Source: Guillardia theta CCMP2712
Lineage: Eukaryota > Protista > Cryptophyta
Direction of reading: 5' to 3'
DNA: 64,000 bases
Assembly: GCF_000315625.1 (NCBI RefSeq)
Contig: NW_005434666.1
Span: forward strand, 605,877 to 669,876
The notes beneath the pieces were generated by a model, which saw only the letters and a list, made by a program, of their open reading frames with translations, made no database searches and was not told the origin of the DNA. Of this stretch, positions 47,388 to 57,370 are shown piece by piece. Position numbers and translations under genes: made by a program. Numbering within the stretch: the stretch's first letter is position 1; every line of letters starts with the position of its first letter.

Positions 47388-48988
47388 CTAGATAGAGCAA
47401 TTGGCTATTGCCCAGGAAACAAAACGTCTGCTGTGTTTCTTTGCTGTCAGGCGACATTCTTTCTCATGACCGACAGCTTGCAGATCCTCATGGTAGCTGA
47501 AGACCTCGAATGAATCTCCTGGTACCCACTCAGCAAGCAGCAAGAATCCTTCATGGCGGAAGAACAGGGAGAGTTCCTGCAATCCAATCGTGAGCTTGCC
47601 ATTAGGAGCTTGCCACAGTTCACCTCTTCCGCTTTCAACCTCGCTCGTTGGATCTCTGTACGTTTTATCCGAGCTTCTGACACATGAGTCCTGAGGGCGC
47701 TGCGTCATGAGTTCAAGCAGCACTTAGAGAGCATCAAGGAGAAAGAGAGTCTTCAGGAGGAGGAAGGAAAGACTCACAGGAATCGTTGATCCCAGTCATC
47801 CTCCTCTGCTGCCAGCGGCATACCCTTGTCTGATTCAGGAAGAAAACCCCAACACAAGCCAACATCTCTTCTCACAAAGAGCAGTTTCCGAAGGCTACTC
47901 GAGTCGCTCAGGTTTGCGATCCAACGGCCCTGCTCCATGAACCTGAGACTCTCTCTCTCACCCTCCAAGGTCCTGAAAAGATCCTCTCCACAGCTTTCTA
48001 GTCTCTCGGCGTCACTTGTGTGCTGATCCTCTGGCAACAAGTAGCAGAAAACTCTCGAAGGCTCCTGGAGTCTAAGGACTGCGAGCTTGTAGGTGGTGTT
48101 GTCTGCCATGAAGATGGTAAGCTTGTCTTTGGCTGGATCCATGCCCATGAAGAAAAGATGCAGGAGGAGTCGAGTAGTTCCATCGAGTGTCATCCACTGG
48201 CTCGTGGCGAACATCATCGCATTCTTGTCCATGATGCATGCGTACTCGCTCCCCAACAACCTGCAAAGAGCATTCAACTTGTTGCTTATCTGGTCCCGTT
48301 TCGTGCTCAGAAACGTCGCGCTGACTGGAACGGCCCTGGTCCTCAGCATCATTTTCCTTCGGTGCTGTAGAATCTGCTGCAGCAAAACGGTGGATCCTCG
48401 GATACTACGTCGGAACTGGTTCACATTGTTGCACAACGACAAGACATTCTCGTCACCGACAACAAGTGAGATCGCTCTATCGACGAGGTCGAGAAGAAAC
48501 TCCTGTTCATCTTTCACCGACTCTCTGCTCCCTGAGCCGTCACTCCTCAGAATCAGAACGGCCAAGATTTCTCCTTCGAACATGTTGCGATACGAGATGC
48601 AGGTTCCTTCTGAAACCAAGGATTCGAGTTCCAGCCCTACTGACATAGAGGATGCGAAGACTGCTCCAAGCAGCCCGATCTGAGCTCTAGGTAGGATCGA
48701 CATGTCGTACGCCACAGCTGTCAACGGGTCAAGGTTCTTGGTGTATAAACAGAGCAACGATCCTTGTAAGGACAGCTTCCCTTTCTCAAGCTCAGCATTG
48801 GCTTCAGCTGCTGCACCTCGAGCCAGCTCTTCGTCTTCTCCCTCGTCCTCCTCCTTCGTCTTCCGCTCAGCCGGAAGCTCATCAGCTGCCTGAAATTCAG
48901 CTGCTGCCGCGTGCTCGTTGACATCTCCTTGGTCCTGTCCTTGCATGGACCCTAGCATGTTTCCAACAAGACTGTCCTCCTCCTCCAT
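47388..48988 (-). CDS. FUZ: Fuzzy homologue (tri-longin CPLANE subunit)
   Basis: AQIGLLGAVFASS...LLDLVDRAISLVVGDENVLSLCNNVNQFRRSIRGSTVLLQQIL and ACIMDKNAMMFATSQWMTL align by eye with Fuzzy longin domains 1 and 2. Confidence 0.65.
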
Positions 48989-49503
48989 GACGGAGGAGGA
49001 AAGGAACGAGTCGTGTCTTGCAGCTGAAAGGTGAGAGGGAAGCAGGAAGGCAAGCAGCGAAGGAGCGCAGGCGGAGAAGCAGGCGGGAGAAAGGGATGGA
49101 GGCGCGCGGGGTGGGGAGGAAGGGAGCGGGGGGGGCGGGGCGGGGCGGGTGGGGCGGGGCGTAATTTGTATGGAGGGGGAAAATAACAAGGCGTGGAGGA
49201 TCAAGTAGAACCACTCGGGGTACGACTGCTGCCGCAACCGCAGCTGGTTCGGAGAGCATGCGAGGAAGAAGAAGAGACTTCTATCGTGTCCGATCCATTA
49301 CGTCCTTTGACTCGATCAGGTTGACAGGAGCATAGGTGGAGCAGCCATGGAGAAAGAAAGCGGCAGCCAACGTTGGTGTTTACTCGATAATGGACAAGGT
49401 TGTGAGGTGGAAAAAAGGAATGTAATAACTGGAAGAACGTAAGATTCAGCTCTCAACACCTGCTCTTAGTGAAGCTTCTATGAAGAGCTTCGCCACGTTG
49501 TCC

Positions 49504-50481
49504 CTAGTCTTGTTGCTTTCCTTTGACACCGTTTGACTCATTCCTGAATGTCCTGCCATTCAGGTGCGCAACAGCCCTCTCGAGTCCATCATGATATAGC
49601 CAAGTCTTCCACTTCGCATGAGCCGGCATGCCCAACTTCTGGATGTCTTTAATCTGCGCTTGACCGAACCTGTCCTCGATGAAGTCTCCCCTGCAACAAA
49701 GTCTTTGTTCTTGCCCGCTCCCATCGTTTCTGGTTTCGCCGAAGACAAAGTTGCGGTAGAAGGACGTTCTGCAGATGTGAGTGCTGTCATACCACTGCAG
49801 ACAAGGAAGCAACTTGGAGTTTGCAGTCAGAGGAATCGCGTATCCCTCAACATCAATCAGAGCAGCTCCTTTCAGACCATACTGGCCCAACCTCGTTCGT
49901 TGGGCATGAGCGTAATTGCGAGTGGACGACGTCGGCAAAAGGACGTATCCGACTCTATCTCCCTCCTTCTCCATTCCTTGGAGTATCTCCACGAAGTCGA
50001 CGGGTCTCATGAAAGTTCGATCATGTTGCACAACACAAACATAGTCAGTGTGGACTAGGTCCAGGGCGGATTTAACCGCAAAACCGAATCCGTGGTGTTC
50101 CGTCAATTCCATGATGGTTGAATGCTGCCAGAGTCCCTCGGATCGCTCTGACATCTTCTTGATGTTGGACTTGTACTCCTCGTAATTTCTCAGCCTGATT
50201 TCATCCACCCTGCCGTTTCGAAAGTTGCAGTCCTTCCAGATCCGATACCCGTCGCACACAATCACTTTCTTGCAGTCCGAGAGCCCCTCGACAAGCTCGA
50301 AACTCTTCAACACGAGATCGATCAAGTTCGTTTCCGGATGATCGCTCGCTGGACTCGTTGTGATGACAATCGTCAGCTTTTCGCGCAAGTCTACTCCATC
50401 CTGACTATCTCTTGAAGGGGAGCCTGTCGGGGACTCCATCATCACCTTTGACGCGTCTGTTGTTTTCGAACAATCTAGCAT
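49504..50481 (-). CDS. GT-A fold glycosyltransferase-like protein, intronless
   Basis: LTIVITTSP...VIVCDG...GFGFAVKSALDLVHTDYVCVVQHD (DxD-like QHD). Confidence 0.7.
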   Translation of the reverse strand: MLDCSKTTDASKVMMESPTGSPSRDSQDGVDLREKLTIVITTSPASDHPETNLIDLVLKSFELVEGLSDCKKVIVCDGYRIWKDCNFRNGRVDEIRLRNYEEYKSNIKKMSERSEGLWQHSTIMELTEHHGFGFAVKSALDLVHTDYVCVVQHDRTFMRPVDFVEILQGMEKEGDRVGYVLLPTSSTRNYAHAQRTRLGQYGLKGAALIDVEGYAIPLTANSKLLPCLQWYDSTHICRTSFYRNFVFGETRNDGSGQEQRLCCRGDFIEDRFGQAQIKDIQKLGMPAHAKWKTWLYHDGLERAVAHLNGRTFRNESNGVKGKQQD

Positions 50482-50725
50482 GCATGGATCTCGGATGTTG
50501 TTCTTGTATCAACCATCATCGTCATCCTACCATCGTCATCCATCCCCTCCAGCATGCCATGCCATGCCTTCATGCCGCCATTTGACGACCAGGGTTGCAC
50601 ATGCGGCATAAAACTTTGAACTTTACCTCCTGTCTCAACCTCTCAAACTTTCAAACTCTCAATGTCTCAAACTCTCAATTGAAATTGTCTGGGGCAGGCG
50701 TGTAGGCTACCATGGGAGGGCGGCG

Positions 50726-51992
50726 TTGCTCCTAAAGCAGTGCCATGGCTTCACGGACTTGAGAGCGACACCGGAAGTTACGGGTGAATCAGAGGAGCGA
50801 TTAGCATCAAGGTTTCGCCTCATCATGGAGCAAGCATTTCAGCGGCATGTACAACGTTTGAAAAAGTCTACCCCGACACCGTCCCGAGCCGGAGGCGATC
50901 GTTTTCCCGGGACTGGTCGGCGCTTCAATGCAGACCGAGAAATCCTCAGGACAGGGGGATGTCACATGCTGGAAGACGAAAATGGCGCTAAGATAAGAGG
51001 AGACGTGAATAGCAGCTATCTCATGGTCGGAGTTTACGGGCGAGGGCCGGCATACCACAGCCAGCACAACACAACGAGGATCTCAGCGCCCGAAATCCCT
51101 CCCAAGTACTACATGTGTCCGCTCTGTCTCCGTCCTGGGCATTGGCAATACGATTGCGAGAAGGCTGAAGGGAATATGGAGGCCGACGGTCAAGAGATAC
51201 AGCTGTCTCACCGGGAGTGGACAGCCCGTCAGAGGTGACTCATGGCCTTGAGTGTTTCTTCTCCTGACTCTAGTACAGGACAGACGTTGACCATTGGGAA
51301 GACTTCGATTTTGCATCTGGGGGGGATCATGTCCAAGGGTGCACCAACTGCCTTAGTCATCATGTGTCAACTTTTGTTGTTCTCTTCTTTTATTTTTACA
51401 TGTTGACCTTGACAGCCGAGGCACCCAAAGTCGGAGAACGAAATTGAAACCAACGTGAGTATAGAGTCATGCGATCAAGTTTTGAAAAAATTAGCAGTAC
51501 TTCCGAGCTTGGGAGAACGAATGGTCGGTGGCAAGAGAGCGCAAGGACGAAGGCCCTTGCGGACGGTCAGAATGGGCGTACACTGTGAAAACCTCTCTAA
51601 ACGTAACCTGGCCAGTCATCCTGCATATCTAATGTGCAAATTATGCAACGGCAATCATTTTCGCTGCCTGGTACTGAAGCCATTGCCTCCCAGCTACTGA
51701 GTGCTTCGCAGTGTCCTATGCAGAACAGTCTCGGAGGCACCATGATTGAAAAGCGGTTATTCTGATGTTCTGAAGCGTGTCGTGTACTGAAAACCTTGTT
51801 ACCACAAGACGATCTCAACAGAAGGTAATGAACAGGATGGCTACAAATAAACCCGACGAACATGCACTGAGCAAGGTGGCCCTTAAAGTACGCATATGTA
51901 AAGATTGGCTGATGGGGAACCTACAGGTAAGGGTCAAGGACAAAGTAGATACAAAATTTTGGACTCGTCTTCACTCAGGCAAATTACGATGA
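50726..51992 (+). CDS. Zinc-knuckle protein (multi-exon; ends uncertain)
   Basis: YMCPLCLRPGHWQYDC (CX2CX3GHX4C) and a second knuckle CKLCNGNHF. Confidence 0.55.
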
Positions 51993-52089
51993 TGACAAGA
52001 TATTGATCTCTTCACGCATACTTTAATGGATAAAAAATTTACATCTTTCTGTACAAATACAAGAATGGATGATTTACAGGAGTCCAGAC

Positions 52090-53526
52090 TTACAACGAGC
52101 TTAGTAAGCACAGGTTTCGCAAAGTCAACAACGCAATGAGCGCATTCTTCTGTGCTGGCGCGACATCCAAGCTCTCATCCTGACCTTGACCCAAAAACTG
52201 TAGCACTGCAGAAACTTCTCGGAGCAGCAGCTTATGCACCAACCGATCATTTACATACGCATTTCCTTCGCACACGATTCGAATGATCAAGGCCGCAAAA
52301 GGATTTTGACGATTGAAGCAAAGATTCATTTGCTGTTCATGATGCTTTCTTGACAATTCCGCAAGTAGCATCATTGCTTCCCTGCTGAATTGTACGGCAC
52401 CTGGCACAGCATCTAGCGCTGTCTGAAGCAAATTGGCACAGAACTGTTCCAACAAAGGCACTCCAGATCGTAAGCTTGCCCGAAGAAGAGCCATCCACAT
52501 GTTCTCCTTGTTGAGCACCTGTATTCTTTCTACAGATGTTAGAAACGGCACCAAAGCTCTCATGGCATCAGTTTGGATTTCGGTTTGCTCAATCGTTAGC
52601 AAGCGTTTGATTGCTGCAACAAGGCCTTCCAGGTCAAATCTGTCGCGGCATTCGACTGGAGCATTAGAAGCGATGATTGCTAATGATCGACCTGCTTGCC
52701 GCCAGTTGCCCGAGTTTGATTCTTGAGACATTGACAAGAGCTCATCGACAAGGTGCGGATTCTCCAGCATGGACGGAACGTTCTGTTTCTTCATAGCGAG
52801 CCTTCCAAAAGCCATAGCAAGGAATCTCTTTATCCCATCGTGATCGGCAATCTTGAAAATCTCCATAAGTGCATGGATGTTCTCCGTAGATGCTATTTTG
52901 GCGTGCATGTCTGCTCGGAGCGCAAGATTCGCTATAGCATTGGCTGCTGCAACGCGCGAAGGCGCAGGACTGGACAAGTCCTTCAAGGCCGACAGCTTGC
53001 TCTGAAACATACAGATGTTAACAGGCTCTGTAGAAGTCTTTGATAGAAATGAGCTGATTGCATTTTGCGACTGACTTCCCTGGAAACTGAGGGAGGCGAT
53101 ACCGAGGGAGCCGGAAACGGGGGCACATTGCGTGTGTGAGCATCCTCCACCTTGAACATCTGTCGACGCCTTGCTAAAGAGGGAGGCAGCCGATATCTTC
53201 ATTCCACAACTAGGCTGCAGGCTCTTTTCTTCGTCTTTGACTTCAGTTCTATAGCATGCTTTCTGGAAAATCGAAGCGACTGAAGGAGTTGCAATGGTCG
53301 GTGTGGGTTGAGTACAAGAGCTAACCTCAGAGCGAGAAGACTTATTCTCAGACATTTCGGAGGAGGAGGAGGAGGAGGAGGAGGAGGAGGAGGAGGAGGA
53401 GGGAGGGGAAGGGGAAGGGGAAGAGGAAGATGAAGATGCAGCGAATGAATGGCTGGTTGTACCAAACCCAAAAATAACTCTCGCACCCTCTCCATTTCGA
53501 AGTGGTCTTTGTGTGGCAACAGACAT
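52090..53526 (-). CDS. Armadillo-repeat protein with a Ser-rich N-terminus
   Basis: SRVAAANAIANLA, IKRFLAMAFGRLA, NWRQAGRSLAIIA, IQTDAMRAL. Confidence 0.7.
   Translation of the reverse strand: MSVATQRPLRNGEGARVIFGFGTTSHSFAASSSSSSPSPSPPSSSSSSSSSSSSSSEMSENKSSRSEVSSCTQPTPTIATPSVASIFQKACYRTEVKDEEKSLQPSCGMKISAASLFSKASTDVQGGGCSHTQCAPVSGSLGIASLSFQGSQSQNAISSFLSKTSTEPVNICMFQSKLSALKDLSSPAPSRVAAANAIANLALRADMHAKIASTENIHALMEIFKIADHDGIKRFLAMAFGRLAMKKQNVPSMLENPHLVDELLSMSQESNSGNWRQAGRSLAIIASNAPVECRDRFDLEGLVAAIKRLLTIEQTEIQTDAMRALVPFLTSVERIQVLNKENMWMALLRASLRSGVPLLEQFCANLLQTALDAVPGAVQFSREAMMLLAELSRKHHEQQMNLCFNRQNPFAALIIRIVCEGNAYVNDRLVHKLLLREVSAVLQFLGQGQDESLDVAPAQKNALIALLTLRNLCLLSSL
53359..53402 (+). repeat. 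(GGA)n trinucleotide run, poly-Ser on the minus strand
   Basis: About 14 contiguous gga units. Confidence 0.9.
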
Positions 53527-54617
53527 TGTGCCAGCTCAAAGCAAGGAGAACAAGTGAAGAGGAGGAAGGTTTTAGACCAAGAAGGTGAGGAGGAGGAGGA
53601 GGAGGAGGAAGGAGGGTGAGGATTGGAGGCTACGATACACAAGGTAACGTTCACGCAGCGGGATGGCACAAGCGCTGTCGAAGGCGACGACAGGGTGGGG
53701 GTAGTACCCCCGTTGAGGTTCAGCCAACTCGTAAATTTGTTAGCGAGCCGAAGGGTGGAGTGAGAGGGATGGCGTTGCTAGCTTAGGAATGTTAGACTGA
53801 AGTGAAGAAGGAAAGGGGTGGTGCTGAACCCCTAGCATGTGTCGGGCCTGGTGCACTCAGATAGTTGGGTCGAAAGTGGACCTGACGGGGTAGGGGGTGT
53901 GAAAATATAGTGGGGTACTCCAGACTTCCATGCGGGGGGTCCTGTCACACAGGGTGGGTGACATGCGTGTCAGCGATCACGTTACCAAACCGTGAGGAGG
54001 GAGACGTCTTGATGAGAGGGTGCATTGGCGGTAGGGGTGGGTCCTCAACAGTAGGGGGTCAGGGGTACAGGGTGGCGGTACACTATCTCCCCACGAAACA
54101 GGGGGGTGCAACCCCGATAGATATACATGTCTCGGCCAGGTACGGGGTCCTTTTTGGGGTTCACAGGGGGTGGTTATGGTTGAGTTTGAAGGCTAGCACC
54201 TACAGCATTCTCAATTAGTGATTTGTTCGGATTTGTCTGCGCCCTTGGGCCCGAGCCCTGCAGCGTTTACTGGCCAGGCACCGGCAACAATCGGAGTTCG
54301 GCAATGAATTGGGAGAATTTATTCATATTTTGATGTCAAATTTCAAGATATCATATTCAATTGTTCGTCGAACATCTGAAATCCAAAAATAGTGACAGGT
54401 ACTCCTAAAACACAAACACGACCAGGTCCGATTTGGCTGGAATCGATAATATTTCATACCCATGTGTAAATATGAATTTCAAGAGGGCATATTGAAGGTT
54501 CAAATTTGAACCATTTGGTTTCGTGACCGAGGTGGTACACGGGGGCCAGCAGGTAACGTGACTGAAAAACACTTTTATGCGTTCCTCTCATCAGAGTATA
54601 GGAGGGAAGGTGATTCA

Positions 54618-54723
54618 TGACCTTAAAAAGTTCAGAGGGGTTCGATAGATCTGAACAAATGACCCCTAAAAGTTCAGAGCGTTTTGATAGATCTGAACAA
54701 ATACCCCCTAAAAGTTCAGAGCT
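54618..54723 (+). repeat. 42-bp tandem repeat (2.5 copies); each full unit has an internal GTTCAGA...TCTGAAC inverted repeat
   Basis: Units start at 54618, 54660 and 54702. Confidence 0.9.
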
Positions 54724-55000
54724 TCAACTCTCTAAATATGAACAAAATCCAAAAATTCACTCCTGATGAACAAATGGAACAATATCCTAAAGAGAACAAT
54801 ATCGCAAATATCATTCTCAAGCCTCTCTCAATCGGTATCATCAGAACAAAGATGAGATCAACCAAAAGACTCCCGACGTGAAAAATATCAACAAAAGAAA
54901 CTACTACAGAATTCCTAATTCTTATTTTTTCATTCAAGGCTCCCATATCAATTGCTTAAAACATTTCACACGATTACGTACAATACACCATATGACACCT

Positions 55001-55375
55001 CTAAATCCTATTGTGTGATAGTATACGTGCTATCGGATGAGATGAATGAATCTCAACTGAGGTGCTGTCATTCAAGACAGGAGCATGTGGTGGTGATACT
55101 GCAGTGATGTTGACCCAAGCTAAAATGATGTCATGAGGGATTTTGGACTCTCTCTTGAACCTCTCTACTATCTCCTTCACAATGATGATTTATCATAATC
55201 TTCCATCATGAAATAATCGTAACCTTTAAGGATCTGGTTGGCAAGCATCTCCTGATGCAATGCCTTGTACAGATGGTCATAGGCATCACTGAGTGAACAT
55301 TTGGTGTCTTCATTGATCATCTTCAAGACTCTATCGGGTGCTATCTTCTTACAAGCTCCACGGATCTTAGCCTGA
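55001..55375 (-). pseudogene. Frameshifted, 5'-truncated AT-rich gene fragment of unknown family
   Basis: AKIRGACKKIAPDRVLKMINED...MMEDYDK, then a frameshift to IIVKEIVERFKRESKIPHDIILAWVN...HNRI*. Confidence 0.45.
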
Positions 55376-56962
55376 TATGACATTATCGAAGATGCTCTTT
55401 GTAAAAACAAATCAAAGGCTGCTCTAAGACTAATAGAGCAGCATCCAAAAAAGGTGGATTTTGAAATGTTGTGTTCTCAAGCATCGAAGGATGTCTTCAA
55501 TTTTTGCAAGAAATATCCAGAGAATTTAGGAACAGTTTGCACATGATAATGACCTTATTGATTGGGATGAATTATATGTTGGAAAAATCTATCGCAAAAC
55601 TCCAATGATAGAGCATTGAAGCTTCTACAACAGAATAAGGATAAGATTTCTTATGAAGACCTGCTATATAACAGCAACTCTAAGGCTATCAAGTTGCTTG
55701 AAAAAAAGATTGCAAGCATAGGTTTTAGTCAGCTTGCATCAATCCAGAACAACAATCTTAGGCTCTTTGATCAACACTTACATAGGGTAAACTGGAAAAC
55801 GTTGAGCTCAAATCCACATAAAATAGCAGTGAACCTTCTGAAAGCGAACCCTGCTAAGATTGATTGGGATATGCTGTCTTCGAACAACAATAATAGCGCA
55901 TTGGATATGCTTGCTGAGCAACTTGACCTGATAAGATCAATTGGGAAGTCCTTTCATCAAACCCCAGTGACAAAGCAATTGAACTGCTAATTGTCACACC
56001 TCGAAGATCACAACCTTGCTACCAATTTATGTCACACCTCGAAGATTCTCGAGTGGACATTCAAGCGCAGTTCAATAAGAACTCACGTTGGATTTCTCTA
56101 CTAAGAGGGAAAGCGATGAAACAGAAGGAGATCTAACTCTCTTTTATTTCTTTCACACACACACACACAATCGTGGACACACACGAAAGGGGAAGAGGAC
56201 CACCTAGCTCTGACGAGTTTCATCCTTTTATAGCTTCGAGGAATGAGCCAGGGGTGCCGTCTCTTGGCTACAGAAAGGAGGGGTGTCCTGTTCTTGGAAG
56301 TTGACAAGCATCCCTTCTGACCTTCGAGAGGATACCATGCTCTCTCGCAGGGAAGAGAACCCCGTCCTTGCATGGCAGCAAGCTGCTTCCAACGGGTCGT
56401 ACTGCACAAGACGCACCCCTTCTGTTTACCTTGTAAGTCCCCCACGGGTACACGGTCGCTGCAACAAAGGCCTCCACAGGGGTCCTTTCAGCAGCTTCAC
56501 ACTGGAGTAGAGTATCCTGGGTCATCCAGGAGAAGTCAGCTTCGAACACGAGTACGAGACAGCCAACTGTCCTTTCATTCTGATAGGCCTTTGTCTGACT
56601 CGGGCTCGGTTCCTATGAGCTCTGACACTAATGAACAATCCACATAACATAGCCAAGAATAAACTGATCAAAAACACTAATTTCAAAGGAATAATAAGGA
56701 TACTTAAAGCACATAAAGATTTGGTGTTTGACAATGAGGTGTTTGATAATATCCTATCTTATGTCAATTAGATTCAGATTCCATAGATTTGATACTAGCA
56801 AATATTGATAATCTATCCAGCTTGGCATTGGAAAGACTCTCATCTCAACCAAATATATTCACCTATGATGATTCCAATAATATTTACAACTTTACAGATG
56901 AAGAGATGAGCAAGATAAACAACGATGAACGACTACAGAGAACAGTGGCTGTGCGAGGATGA
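55376..56962 (+). pseudogene. Frameshifted W-x-x-L-S-x-N-P repeat gene (giant-virus-like), interrupted by a solo LTR
   Basis: Pieces CWKNLSQNSNDRALKLLQQNKDKI, VNWKTLSSNPHKIAVNLLKANPAKIDWDMLSSN, PDKINWEVLSSNPSDKAIELL|MNNPHNI and LSSQPNIFTYD; at least four frameshifts; no introns. Confidence 0.75.
55992..56627 (-). mobile_element. Solo LTR (636 bp) with a 5-bp target-site duplication
   Basis: Termini TGTCA...TGACA; CTAAT at 55987-55991 and 56628-56632; minus-strand TATAAAA (56226-56232) precedes AATAAA (56143-56148); removing the element restores the host reading frame. Confidence 0.88.
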
Positions 56963-57370
56963 TCCAAAATGTTGCCTGTGTGAAGATGTTATTCCAATGC
57001 GTGTCAGTTTGGCCGGGCCCTGATCCGAGAGGCCGCGCGTGACCGTGCATCCGACCGGGAGAGCCTAGTACGGTCACCGTGAGTGCGGCATGATGTTCCG
57101 CGGCCCGGGAGGGGTCACACTGCCGGCCCGGGCCCTCAGTGGCGGCGGTACGGCCCTGGTAACTTCGGCCACGGTACGGTGGCAGCTCACCCGGCCAGTC
57201 GGACAGTGAATCATCGGATAGTTGCCTAGTACTACGCGGCGGGTCGGATTGCCGGCATTCGAGGGACATGATATCACTGATCATGACTTTTTTACTCAAA
57301 GCATGATATCACTTCTATACGGACATTCAATTGATTCAATCATCGTGACAGTACGCCAGGCTCATAGCTA

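Noticed and set aside
50726-51992. Zinc knuckles as retrotransposon Gag
   Set aside because: Spacing is CX2CX3GHX4C in an intron-containing gene, with no pol or LTR pair nearby.
54618-54723. 42-bp repeats with an internal palindrome as a CRISPR array
   Set aside because: The units are contiguous with no unique spacers, there are only 2.5 copies, no cas genes, and the context is eukaryotic.
56101-56647. Short ORFs inside the LTR as gag/pol remnants
   Set aside because: No zinc knuckle, protease, reverse transcriptase or integrase motifs; size and termini fit a solo LTR.
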